Source of the DNA: the human T2T-CHM13v2.0 reference genome, Homo sapiens
NCBI RefSeq assembly: GCF_009914755.1
Contig: NC_060940.1
Direction: 5' to 3' (one strand)
DNA: 64,000 nt
Shown here in pieces: positions 1 to 12,899 of this stretch. The number at the start of each line of letters is the position of its first letter. The first letter of the stretch is position 1. The translations under genes were made by a program, and so were the position numbers. The notes beneath the pieces are model-generated. The model had not been told where the DNA came from, ran no database searches, and saw only the letters and a program-made list of their open reading frames with translations.

Positions 1-2050
1 CTTTTATAACTTTTGATAAATTTTTATAGTCTTGCATAATTCTTGTTAGGTTTATTCTTTGCCATTTAATGCTTTTTGTTGCTGTTTATGAATGGGCTGT
101 ATTACATTTTATTTTCTACTGTCATTACCTTTAGTGGACAAATTCAGCAAAAGAATCCCTGCAGTAATTATAAGGGTAGTTTTACTCTGATTGTAGTCAC
201 TTAATAATCTATTGCTAGTAATAGAGCATCTGAATTGATTCTTTCATCAGAACGATCTCTAGGATATGACAAATCAAAGTGACTACCTTTAGCCTTTGCT
301 TTGGGACTTTTTTTTTTACTTGGAGAGGGGGCAATTAGGCCAACCCCTGAGGCTCACATATGTTCAATCATCCTGGAATCTGAGAAGAACAAGGAAACCT
401 CTGATATTTTATTTTGACTTCCTTTTGTTTCGAGCCTTTATTTTATACAACTAAAGATTTTTAAATTATGCAACATTTATACACATAGAAAAACACATAA
501 AATAATTTGATCTAATTAAATAGCTGGGCCTTTTAATATAATCCAGGTTTAACAGCTAGCTGTTAATTGTTTGCCACAGTTGATTCGGAACACTTTGCTA
601 TTGTTTTTGTTAGCTTTAAGGAAATAAAACATTACAAATAAAGCTAAGATGCCCCTACCCCACCCCGTTCCCTTCCCATTCCCTCTGATATTGGTGTTTC
701 ATTCTCATGAACATTTTCTATATTTTTTGTGTACGTTTAAGTCATATTTATGAATCTGTATGTTTTACATCTATACAGTTGGTATTACAATGCCTGTAGC
801 CTTTTGTAACTTGATACTGTGGTCTGTTGAAATTCATCTTTGTTGACAAGGACACTCCCTTGAAATTATTCTTGATAACTTTGTTTATAGCTAACTTGTC
901 AAACTTAGCCAGCCTCATCACATGGCTATACCTGGTGGCCAGGGAAACTGAGAAATGTAATTTTTATTCCACGTGGCCAGGAGCCTGGCTTTAAAAACAG
1001 GATTCATCATATAACTGAGGAAGAACAGGGAAACAGATAGTGGAGTACAGCTAGCCATCTCTGCCAAATACTTTCAATTATAATGTTTATTGTAGATTTC
1101 TAGCATAAACCTTTATTGGATAAAAGTGTTTGTTTTTTCCTTTTCTCAGTTTACTAAAGGATTTTAAAAACTGCATTCAGTTAGAAACAAGTGCTATCAA
1201 ACTGTTCCTTGGCATCTTTTAAGAAGACGGTCTGGTTTTCTACTTTAATCTGGCAATGTAATATATTAAAATAATAGATTTCCTAATGTTAAACTATCCT
1301 TGCATTCCAGAAATAAATTTTAATCATTCAAGATCTTAAATCTCATATCAGCTAGGAACACATTCTTTTCTTTCAAAACAGCACTTAATTTGCTAATATT
1401 TAGAATTTAAACATGTTCATAAATTGGCTTATTCTGTTATTATTTGTATGAATTATAAACAAGATTATGATAGCCATATACAGCCAATGGGGAAGGTTTC
1501 TATCTTTCTCTATTCTGGAAAATTTATATAACCTAGAAATTATCTCTTTAAGTTTTAAAATAGTTTGCCCATAATACCATCTAGTCTCAAGGCTTTTTAA
1601 GGATTACATCTTTGACTATTTAAAACATTTCTTCTATGTTAGTATTCTGCTTCTTGAGTCAATGTTTATATTTACATTTTCTAAAAAAATCAACCTTTTA
1701 CTTTAGATTTCCAAATTTGTTGGCATTAATTCATACTTAGCTTTTTTTTACACTTGGAAAAAACTCTGTGTTCATATTTATGTCTGCTGCCTTAAGTTGT
1801 TTATTAGTGACTCTGTTTTCCTTTGTCAGAATTGCCAGAATTTTCACCATTTAGGTTGGACTTTTAAAGAACTAGCTAATTAGAACTAGCTAATAGTCAT
1901 TAGCTAGTTCTTTCAGGCTTTTTGTTGGCTATCAGTTCTTTCTATTAGCTATTCTAATGGCTATTAGCTAGTTCTTTCAGGTTTTTTGTTTACTTCACTA
2001 TTTTCTGCTACTTTCTAAATTATCTCCACCCAAATTGTGTTTATTTTGTT
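1..2050 (-). mobile_element. Old L1 (L1M/L1ME-type) fragments, antisense, interrupted by an MLT1-like piece (~900-1068)
   Basis: Antisense L1 ORF2-like text such as gatttcctaatgttaaactatccttgcattccagaaataaa; MLT1-like end gctagccatctctgcca. Confidence 0.65.
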
Positions 2051-2245
2051 TTTCTTGCATTACGTGTTTAGGTCATTATTGCAGACATGATTTATTAGCT
2101 ACCCATTTCTGACCCTCTTCTCCCTTGCCCACTTCCAACCACAGAGGTGGAAATAGCTAGATACTCCATTTCCCAGATATTCTTGGAGTTAGGTATGGTC
2201 ATGTGTTCCAGATATAAGAGGAGGTGTTCTAGAGGCATATGAGAA

Positions 2246-2249
<4 letters not shown>

Positions 2250-2289
<40 letters not shown>
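2250..2289. repeat. Poly(T)40 tract within degraded MaLR/ERVL-type LTR sequence
   Basis: 40 uninterrupted T; no Alu or L1 body adjacent. Confidence 0.95.
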
Positions 2290-2292
<3 letters not shown>

Positions 2293-3321
2293 GTCACTAA
2301 TGCAGAAAAACACAAGAACATGATTTCTCTCTAGCCAGGGGAAGGAAAAAGTATGGAGAAGGCACACCTGATTTCTCAAAAGACCAGCCCAGAAGTGGTA
2401 CACATCCTGCCAACTCACACTGGAGAAAAACTACTCATGTGGTTGTAATTAACTGGGAAGGAGGCTGGGAAATGTAACTAGCCATGTCATTGGCTATAAT
2501 CCTTTTGCTGTGAAAGAAAAGAAAAGATCTGAAAGCTTTTTAGCATATTACTTGCAACTCTTCTCACATTCAGTGATACTGCAGTTAAGAACTTAAGTTA
2601 CTCATGAAAGCACAGGCTTGGAAGTTGTTCTATAATCCATTAGGGGTTTATAGGAAAAAACTGATTTTGAAAATATTCATCCAAATATTAGGTGACATCT
2701 GCCACCTGCAATCTTACCTGACAAAATGCTAAAATTTGAGCTACAAAAACTAGTCTTGGGTAAATAGGGACAGAAAGTCTGAACGATCAACTTGAAGTAA
2801 TAATGCTATCTATATTTCTGTAAGGGAAGATAATCACACACACATACTGGCATATAACTGAGTAGGTTTTCAGGTCACTGTGAAACACTATATAATTCAA
2901 ACCAAATTAATACAGTCACAGGTGGCTTTGTCAGTGTCATACAATTGTACCAACTGTATCCATTAGCACTAGCAAAAAATGACAAGTGTATGTACAAGAA
3001 GCAATATTCTGCTATGCATTCAGAAATATTAAAATAATAGAAAAAGGAATACTACCTTTTAACTTGAGATGTCAGCATCATTGTCTTCATTAAATATTTT
3101 CCAAATCCATCAGGTGCTTTAAAATCTGTTATAAACAAAAGAAGGCATAGTCTTTTTTCTCAAGGGGCTTTCCGATTAAGACAGAGAGTAACATGGACAT
3201 ATTTATAGTAAATAAAATATGGACTGTGATAACCAGTATGTGTTTAAGTATTTTTCCCTTCTCTGTTTTATTATTGTTAGCCCGTGAGTGGGTTGAGTGG
3301 AAAGAGTGGCTGGATTCATCA

Positions 3322-3795
<474 letters not shown>

Positions 3796-6700
3796 TGGCT
3801 TATCCTAGCTGTTTCCAAGAAGCAACTGGTAATTCCCCACTTATTCACACCAGCTTTACAAGACCCCTGACACCCTACTCTAGCTTTACAAAAGAAATAC
3901 ATTAGCCATCATCTAGGGACAATACCCAGTGCTTTGAGGGTTCTCCCCTCACAGTCTTACTCAAAGATCCATCTCTGTCTTTCTTTTTTAAAACGCTCTT
4001 GGCAGAGTTCAGGCTCCCTTCTTTGCTGGAGGCTTTGAGGATAACTCACAGTAGGGCTGGCTTAAAACCTTGTCTCTCTTGATATCATTTCTATGGAGGA
4101 AAAAAACCACATTCCCAGTTTCAGATAATCAAATTAACCTTTTAGCAAAAAGCCGAATGCTGGGGAACTTCCTGTGAATTTATCTCAATATGTATTTTTT
4201 GCTGTTCTGAAGAGAAATTACATGCTGCACAAATCTGAAACTCTGACCTATTATATACAGAATCAATTATAATATATACAACTCTCCATAGGACCTGGTG
4301 AAAACTGAACTCTTCCATCACTATAGCAGACCTCACTCATAATTCCACTCCAAATTAAAGAGAATGGAGCAAAGTTTCTCATCTGGAAAATGTGCAGAGT
4401 ATAGTATACGAGAAAAGAATGTTTACAATAAAAGAGGCACTGGTAACAGTGTCCTGATGCTACAGTTCTTTGCTGAAATGTAATTTTTGTTCAGGTGGCT
4501 CCTCTAAAAGAAAATGGAGAACTTGGATACCAAGCTTAAGCACACAAAAGAAATTCACATGAGCCCTATACCAAACGTAGCACTTTAAAACATCATCTCT
4601 GGGCATTTTCACCAGAATATTCCATGTTCAAAAATATTTTTGAAATGTCTGCAGGTGCACAACATCCTGCTATGATGAATATAGAAAAGTAGAATAATAG
4701 CAATATAGGGACAATTGGGATGCAGAGGTTGTTAAGTGTTGTAGGAATTCAGAATTTAAAAAAAAAGAAACTATAGAATAAGAAAGGCTTCATGAAGAAA
4801 GTACAACTTAGGCCAAGGAAGGATAGGTTAAATTTGTGTGTATGGAGAGGAGTGAGAAGCAGAGTTGAAACTCAGTTGGATGTTTTGGTACAGTGGCACT
4901 GGCTGCTGTGGGGAGCATCTGTTCTGTGCAAGTGGTGCATTCATTCTAAATGGCTGCTGTACGTGTTCTGAAAATCACCCCAGGGGGCATTCCTGGACAC
5001 AGGTTTAGAGTAGCTACTGGGAAGTCAGGGGGCCCTTCAACTTGTGCAGGCCATCAAAAAGTAACAATCAAATTGATCAGAAATATTTACATCTAATTGT
5101 TGTTGCACTTCAGATAAGTCACATATTCTGTGCACACATTTATTCTGAGATTATACAACTACTGTCTCAGTCATATTGACATCAGTCTTAAACTTCATTA
5201 TAGCATAGCCATAAGTATCAAACTGAGAAAACCCACTCAATGGCTATAGATGATGATGATTATTCTTTACCAGAATGAGAATTGTACTGTCACTTATAAC
5301 ACTCTGATCCAATTTCAATCCCTTCTCCTACAAACTTTAAAGCAATCTCATCCAGAAATAGCAGAGCTGGTCAGTCTTCTCTAGCAGGTACTTCTGCCGT
5401 TTCACCTTTTGAGGTAAGTAGCCTCAGGGACATGGAACCAATTTTCAACAGTGATTTGCTACAATATTGAATACACATCTCAATACCCTCATAGATAGAA
5501 GAGGAGGGTGTGATTCATCAACACTTTCCTTTAGGTCAGCAAACACTCAAGGAACAATTAGACTGTTTACAAAGCCTTGGTACCTGGCATAGTGCAAAGT
5601 CAATTTTAAAAATATATTGAATATGTGAGCTTTTCCAAATTGTCATCAACTGTTATGACAAGCTATTAAAGAAGCTATTGTAGAGGACTGAAGCAGCAGC
5701 TGATTTCAAAACAGTAAATCAAGTCTTGGTCAAGAGCACTGATGAAAAGAGAACAGGATTCTTGCTGTGTTTATGAGTGGCTCAAGACAGCTTTAATACA
5801 CATCAATCACAGGTAGGCAGTGTGCTCTGGTCTGTGCCCCCGACTCTCAGCGTGACCTTTTGTGAGTCACCAGACGGCTTTCAGGCTCGGTTACTCAGCT
5901 GAAAACAAAGCTAAGGAGCAGAAACCTCAATGAAAAACAGGCACTGCATCGCTAATGAGATTTCCTGGGGAAATAAATTCCTCACCTCTACAACCCCCTC
6001 TCCCGACAGCCCCCACTCTAGACTGCCACGTCCCACACATTCAAGAGAAGGTGAACAAAGTGAAGTGTTTGAGGCATGTGGTTGTGCTATCCTCCCAGCT
6101 TCAGAAGCATTTATCAGTAAGAATTCACTGTCTCACTGAAAATAGTAAAGCCACGGAAAAAGAAATGGTCACACTATCTTGCTTTAGAAACTAGGGCACT
6201 AGCTTTGGGTTCAAAACCTCTCAATCTGCTATGGTTTGTTTAGAGACTTGGGAGAGGTGGCCAATGAATCTCTCCCCCCCTTCAATTGGTTCTAAACAGT
6301 TTACAGCTGTATAACCAGTACTTTGAAATATTTCCGCTCCCTCTAGGCAAAAGCATTTGTTATTGTGAAACTTTCTGCTAAAATCATAAGATCAGAGTTG
6401 CACGAAAGTGTAACAGCTTCTTAGGAGGGTGATAAAATGGGTCTGGGGATTGTGGCCTGGATTAGGAAATGCCACCAATTTCTTCAACTTCCATAGCTTC
6501 ATGGTGCAGGCGGCTACATGCGGAAGAAGGAAGCTCTGAAGGAAGTGGCCGACAGAACCTATGGCCCTGGAAAATGAGGCAGCACTTCTTTTTGCTTTTA
6601 AAATTGTTGGCCCCTTGGGGGTTGCACTAACCCCCTAGGCCTCTATCTGGCACAGAGGGGTCTCCTTTCTGAGGCTAGGCCCGTTGGAAAGGTTCCACAT

Positions 6701-8224
6701 GACTGAACCCCACTGAATCAGTCAGTCAATTTAGTGGCTCATAAGAAAAGCTGACGATATCATGGCTCCAAGGCAGGCTGCCACCCCAGAGCCTCAATTG
6801 TAACTAATGCGGGTTTAAAAGGGAGATCAGAAAATATCATGCAGATAAAATACAGAGATAGAAGGAAAGACCATAACCTCAATCGGCAAAATGTGATAGC
6901 TTTGTCAAAATAAAAGCCAAAGCTAAACTCTCCTGCTGCTGCACACCTCCCAGCTCGCGGGAACTGTTCACGCAGAGAGGCATTTTCTATTAGAGCAAAC
7001 TCGGAAGGCAGCAGGGAGAAACTCAGCCATAATATCTGCACAACAGCCCCTCCATGCAAACACCATTCCAGTAATGGGAAATTTTAATGATGTAAAGCAG
7101 CAAGGTCACACGATATGTCCAGGCAGCCCTTGGAAAGACACTGCCTCGGCAGATATTACAGAGGAGAGCTCAGAATTGCTCTTGGTTCATTAGGCTTTGC
7201 CTGAAGGTTTTTTCTTCCACTATTAACTACAAACAAGGCTGAGGTTCTTATTACTCAGTTCCTTGTATGCAATGCAAAGAGGTGAAGGGCAGGGTTTGTA
7301 AATATGGAAAGGCAGACAGCTTAGACGTGTTTTTACAATACTTGAAATATTCTGAGTCACCTTAAATGTGAAAATTGCAAAAGCCTTATCAATGTTGCAG
7401 TATTTTTTTCCTAGCAGAACTTTTTATCTACTCGTGTACAGATAAAGGTACTATATGCACATAAATATATACACATGGGGTGGATAGATTCCCTCCCCTC
7501 CATACAGCACCACCACATCTTCTTACGGTTTGCCTCCTTCTCCCAGCTTTATGACCCCATTGAGATGGCTCTTACTGTTTTCTTCCTCGTTACATTTTGA
7601 TATTTCACAGCATGGCCTGGATTTCACTCCCATCTCCCCACTCCACATTATTAATGAATTGGAAAGCAGACATCATTAGTTTTCGGAGACCATTTCTTTT
7701 AAAATTTACAGACCCCTTCATCTGAATCCCCAGAGACAGTCTGCTGTTCTCATCTTAGAATCTTATTAGCATCATATCTTCTATATCCTGCCATGCAAAC
7801 TGCATGGCTATGCACTTTCTAGCACTTGACCCTTTTGCGGACAGAATTAATTTACTCTTTGAAGATGCAGCAGCATGCTGTTGTGCTTGTTAAAGAAAGA
7901 AAAGCCAAGCAAGGATATGGCAAAGCAAGCAAAGAAATTCTCAGTTTAAAAGCAAGCTCTTGTAAGGCAAGTTAGGTGAAGACTGGGCAGCAGAAACAAA
8001 TAGCCAGTAACTATTGATGGAAATAGGCAAATTAGCGGATTAGCAGGAATCGTTGGGAATTTCTGCATCCAACCACTAATGAGCATTGGGACAAGCTCCT
8101 GATATGGACTAGATTGCAGGGCTTACTTTGTACTAGAGCCTTTTGTTCTTAGAAGGCTTAGAAGACAATTCAAACAACTAATTCTGATTTCATCAACTAC
8201 ATGATCTATTTCCTGAAATGTTTC

Positions 8225-10945
8225 AGACTCATTTACTCACCACTCACTGTGTGCCAGGTAGTGTTCTAGATGAAGGAGACACGGCAGTGAGTAGGACAAC
8301 GTCCCTTCATTCACAAAGCTTTCTTTCTAGTGAATAATTTAAAAAATAAAAAATAAAAAGTAAACAGTTAATTAAAAATAGAACTTCAGGTAGTTATAAG
8401 TGCTATGAAGGAAAATTGAGCCATGTAAAAGAGTAGAGATTAATAAAGGGAATTATTTGAAACAGGGTGATCTATTACTTAGGAACTGACATTCAAACTG
8501 GGGCATTAATGATGTAAAATAGCAAGCCCTATGAAGATCTGGGGGAATGAATGTTTCACATAGAATGTAAAGGCTTTGAGACTAGAACAAGTTTGGCATA
8601 TTAAAAAATTTTAAATACAGCCAATGTCGCTGGAGTAAAGTAACATGGGAGAGAGTGGTGGGAGAAACAGGCAGTACCCCAGCACCCAAGAGAAGTAGAT
8701 ACTTAAAGGCCATGATAAGGAGTGTGAATTTTATTCTAGCCATGATGAAAGCAATCAAAGGGTACCTTACAATCATGCCTAAAGGGTACCTTACAATAAG
8801 ACTAAACTGAAGGGTGCGGATGGAGTAGCAAAAAGAAAGCAAGAAAACCACATAGGAAGTTACCACAGAAATCTGAGCAAGAGACGATTATGGATTATGG
8901 TCCCTTAGACTAAAGTGGCAACAGTGGAGGTGGTAAGAAGTAGAGGGATTCAGGACATATTTTGAAGATAGAGCTTTGAGTCTGTAGAGGAATCGGATGA
9001 GAGTGAGTAGTAAGCCTTTAACTGAATGGCAGAAGACAGAAGGGGGAGCAAACTGAAAATGAAATAAAAAGCTTCAGTTTAACCAGGTTAAATTTGAGAT
9101 GACCATTAAACATCCAAGGGTAGATAAATTGAGGCTCACAGGAAGTCTGGAATGAAGATAAACGTACATTTTGTTATCATAAGCTTATAGATACCATTTC
9201 AAGCCATGTAACTGGATGGTATCACTGTAAGAGTGAGTTTAGACAGAGAAAAGGCCTAAGGATGGCTTTGGGGTACTCCAAAAAGTAGAGGCCAGGAAGA
9301 GGAAAAGGAGGCATCAAAGGAGACAGAAAAGGAGTGACCTGTGTTACAGGAGAATAACCGGAAACTACCAAAAACAACAAAAACAGAGATTTGAAAAAGG
9401 AGGGAGTAATGAGCTGTATAAAATGCCACCCAAAGTTTGAGTAAAATGAGAACAGAGAATTGGTTATTTGATTTGGCTGGATGAAAGTCATTGGCCACCT
9501 TGACCACAGAGTTCCATTGGAGTAACAAGAACAAAAGCTTGATTGGAGGACAAAGTGGGAAATGGTGGTGAAGAAAATGGAGTCAGCAAGTATAGACAAC
9601 TCTATTGATGAGTTAGAAAGGAGACCAGAGAAATGGGGTGTTAGTTGGAGGATTTTATTTAGATAAAGGCTTTGTTTATGTTGGGAGCAACCATAGCATG
9701 TTTGTGTGCCATTAAGAAAATTTTATAATAGAAAAGGAAAAGGATGATGTGTAAGAGAGCATACAATTGCAGAGACCAAGGCTTTGAGGAAGAGATGGAA
9801 TCCAATTCCCAAGCCAACGCACTGGCCTTAGGAGTAGGGAGATGCCATTCAGTGTAGTTGGAGGGAAGGCAGAGATGATAGATGGTAGATTTGGTTGTGG
9901 GAGGAATAGGTTCCCTTTTGATGGTTTCTAATTTCTCAGTGAAATAAGACATGAAGTTATCAACTAAGACTGAGTAATACCAAGGATGATTTAAGATTTG
10001 TAGTAAAAATTTTAAATGAGACCAGTCAGTATGATCGTACGTTTTCCTTAACCACATTTAGCTGTTCAGGTAAGGATGACAGTAGGTGAGATGTTGGGTT
10101 TATCAGCTTTAGGGTTACCAGCAAGTATAAGGGAAAGAGGCGCAAGGGGATATACATCAGGTTAATTATAGTCATGGACCATGGAATTCATTATTGGTGA
10201 CATGAGAAATGATGATATGAGGAAGGAAATATGAAGTTGAATCAGCTGATGGGTAGGTACAATGTGGCTGAAGAATTGTTGGCAAATGAATTCTGAACTT
10301 TGAGTGAGCTAGAAACATTTTTAAATGGGATTCTTAAATCTAGATTTGGATGTGGTGTGGTGGGTACCTGAGAAGGGATAGAGGAAAAGATGAGTGGAAG
10401 TAAGGAGGTAAAAGAATCAGGCAGATGCTGAAGTCACCAAGAATGTTGAGAGGTGTGATGGTGAAGAAGAATATGATCGATCAAATGCTGACTACATAAA
10501 TTGCTCAACCAGAAGACTGAACAAATGACCACAACAAAGGAGACATAGCAGGTACCATAATCTATTGGCATCTGATTCAAAGGAATGGGTTTTTGAGAGA
10601 AGAAGGAGGAGAAAGGGCCTGAACAGGGCAGTGAGGCAGAAGGAAGGCATCTATCCCACATCAGATCCTGAAGATATGTGAGAAGAGGCAGCCACCACTT
10701 TTAACAGAGCAGAAGGAGAAGCAGGGTGCTAAGGGATAACCAGGTTTGGGTTAGAACAAGAAGTTGAAAGGAACATTTTTGAGATGAGATTAATAATAGA
10801 GGAGTTTTGGGTTTTTTTTCTAATGACAGACCATGAGTTCCAGAGAACACAGGAAAAGGATTTGGGAGAATAAGAAGAGATGAGAAACTGGGTCAGATTT
10901 GGAGATGTACAGAACCACATAGGGATAAGCACCGAGGTCTGATGA
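8225..10945 (-). mobile_element. Long L2 LINE relic including ORF2 endonuclease and linker remnants
   Basis: L2 3'-end at ~8230 (ctgtgtgccaggtagtgttctag); minus-strand translations DNFMSYFTEKLETI, KASALAWELDSIS, ILGDFS (~10425-10445) and CVLWNSWSV resemble L2 ORF2 motifs. Confidence 0.85.
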
Positions 10946-11114
10946 TGACCTTAGAGCTGCACTGTCCAATATGATAGTCACTAGCAAATATGTGCCTATT
11001 GAGCCCTTTAAATGTATCTGGCCCAAATTAAGATGTACTCTAAGTATAAAACATATATTGGATTTTGAAGGCAGTACAAAAAAGAATGTAAAGTTTCTTA
11101 TTAATAATTTTTCA

Positions 11115-11231
11115 GTGCTTGCTTCAGCAGCACATATGCTAAAATTGGCACAACACAGAGAAGATTAGCATGATTAGCATGGCCCCCGTGCAAGGATGAC
11201 ACACAAATTTGTGAAGAATTCCATATTTTTT
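11115..11231 (+). pseudogene. Full-length U6 snRNA retropseudogene (5' part of a U6-L1 chimera)
   Basis: gtgcttgcttcagcagcacatatgctaaaattgg...acagagaagattagcatgg...caaggatgacacacaaatttgtgaagaattccatatttttt matches U6 end to end; CpG-type decay and a 9-nt internal duplication; no PSE/TATA upstream. Confidence 0.97.
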
Positions 11232-11929
11232 GCTGTTATTAAAAAGTCAAAAAATAACAGATGATGGTAAGGTTATGGAGAAAAAGGAATGCTTTTACAC
11301 TGTTGGTAGGAGTGTAAATTAGTTCAACCATTGTGGAAGACAGTGTGGTGATTCTTCAAAGACCTAAAGACTACTGTTTGATCCAGCAATCCCATTACTG
11401 GGTATACGCCCAAAGGATTATAAATTGTTCTATTATAAAGACTTATGAACGTGTATGTTCATTGCAGCACTATTCACAGTAGCAAAGACATGGAATCAAC
11501 TCAAATGCCCATCAATGATAGACTGGATAAAGAAAATATGGTACATAGACACCTGGAATACTCTGCAGTAACAAAAAAAGAATGACACCATGTCCTTTGC
11601 AGGGTTGTGGATGGAGCTAGAGGCCATTATCCCTAGCAAACTAATGCAGGAACAGAAAACCAAAATACCACATGTTCTCATATATACGTGGGTGCTAAAT
11701 GATGAGAACACACAGACACATAGAGGGGAACAACACACGCTGGGACCTATTGGAGGGTAGAGGGTGGGAGGAGGGAGAGAAGCAGGAAAAATAACTAATG
11801 GGTACTAGGCTTAATACCTGGGTGATGAAATCATCTGTACAACCAACCTCCATGACACAAGTTGACCTATGTAACAAACCTGCACATCCTGTACATGTAC
11901 CCTTGAACTTAAAATAGAAGTTAAAAATA
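11232..11929 (+). mobile_element. L1 3' end (old L1PA, about PA13-16) fused directly to U6
   Basis: ORF2 C-terminal region and 3'UTR (ataactaatgggtactaggcttaatacctgggtgatgaaa), ending in an A-rich tail. Confidence 0.93.
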
Positions 11930-12214
11930 AATAATTTTTATATTAATTAATTGTTTAATGTTTTTGATATTTTGGCTTAAAGAAATGTTACTAAAATTGA
12001 TTTCACTTTTTAAAAATTATTTTAAATGTGGCTACTAGAAAATTTTAAATTACATTTCTACTGGACAGTGCTGCCTTTCTAGAAGCTTTTATTTCTGGTG
12101 GTGACCTAACAGGGATGTTTGGCAAGTTTGGGATTAGACCTGATAGATTTTTAGAGGAGGGTAGGCCATCAATTCCAGTTATGGTCATCTTCTTTGGAGT
12201 GGTCTTTTCAATCC

Positions 12215-12369
12215 TTGCTTCTTCAGTATGGTTCTTAGACTAGTAGCATTGGGAGCTTCTTAAATATGCAAAATCTCAGGTTCCATCCTTTACCTACAGA
12301 ACCAGAATATGCATTTTAACAAGATTCCCAGTTGAGTATTATGCACAGTAAACATTGAGAAGCATTGCT
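12215..12369. mobile_element. MER5A/B (hAT-Charlie)
   Basis: gcattttaacaagattccc...ttgagaagcattgct. Confidence 0.7.
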
Positions 12370-12527
12370 TGGGGGCATTTTCAAGTGGTAAGGCTGATGA
12401 AGATGAGGTCAGGGAAGGGAAAGGGTACCAGAAACACCTTGCTGGGTGAGAAGTGGTCTTACCAGTGGGTAAGTTCCAGTCCGTAGGAGAAGCATTCAAA
12501 TCTGGGGGAGCAATAAAGTGTTTAGAG

Positions 12528-12837
12528 CTGTACTCTCTAATATGGTAGCCATTGGTCACATGTGGCTATTTAACATTGGAAATGTGGCTGGTGTGACTTG
12601 AGATGTGCTGTAGGGGTAAGATGCACATCAGGTTTTAAAGACTTACTATGAATAAGAGAAAGTAAAATATTTCATTAATAAATTTACAATGTTGACAACA
12701 TGTTGATATAATATTTGGAATATATTGAGTTAAATAAAATATATTGTTAAAATGAATTTCACCTTTTTTTAAAGGTAGCTATTAGAAAATTTAAAAATTT
12801 GTATGTGGCTTCCATTACATTTCTATTCGAGAACACT
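12528..12837 (+). mobile_element. MER33 (hAT-Charlie), intact copy
   Basis: tatggtagccattggtcacatgtggctatt...tatgtggcttccattacatttctatt; parallels the split copy at 10957. Confidence 0.85.
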
Positions 12838-12899
12838 TCTCTAGATCATACTGGAAGAGTCAAGCCTCCAAGACTCTCCCATACAGATAGACTGTATAG

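Larger units (their letters stand above)
10957..12073 (+). mobile_element. MER33 (hAT-Charlie) split into 10957-11112 and 11930-12073 by the U6-L1 insertion
   Basis: Termini ctgcactgtccaat and ctggacagtgctg; the two halves continue each other along the MER33 consensus across the insertion. Confidence 0.85.

Noticed and set aside
193-286. 10-bp inverted repeat gtagtcactt/aagtgactac
   Set aside because: Too short to be significant; no TSD or known TIR recognised.
6335-6352. CTCF-like motif
   Set aside because: Mismatches at the key CC positions of the core.
8757-8797. 17-bp direct repeat aaagggtaccttacaat with a 7-nt spacer
   Set aside because: Only two copies, inside L2; an ordinary micro-duplication, not an array.
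9659-10057. Longest ORF in the track (132 aa)
   Set aside because: Degenerate L2 ORF2 remnant.
11115-11231. U6 as a functional snRNA gene
   Set aside because: Upstream sequence is MER33 with no PSE/TATA; the copy has many substitutions and an internal duplication and is fused to L1.
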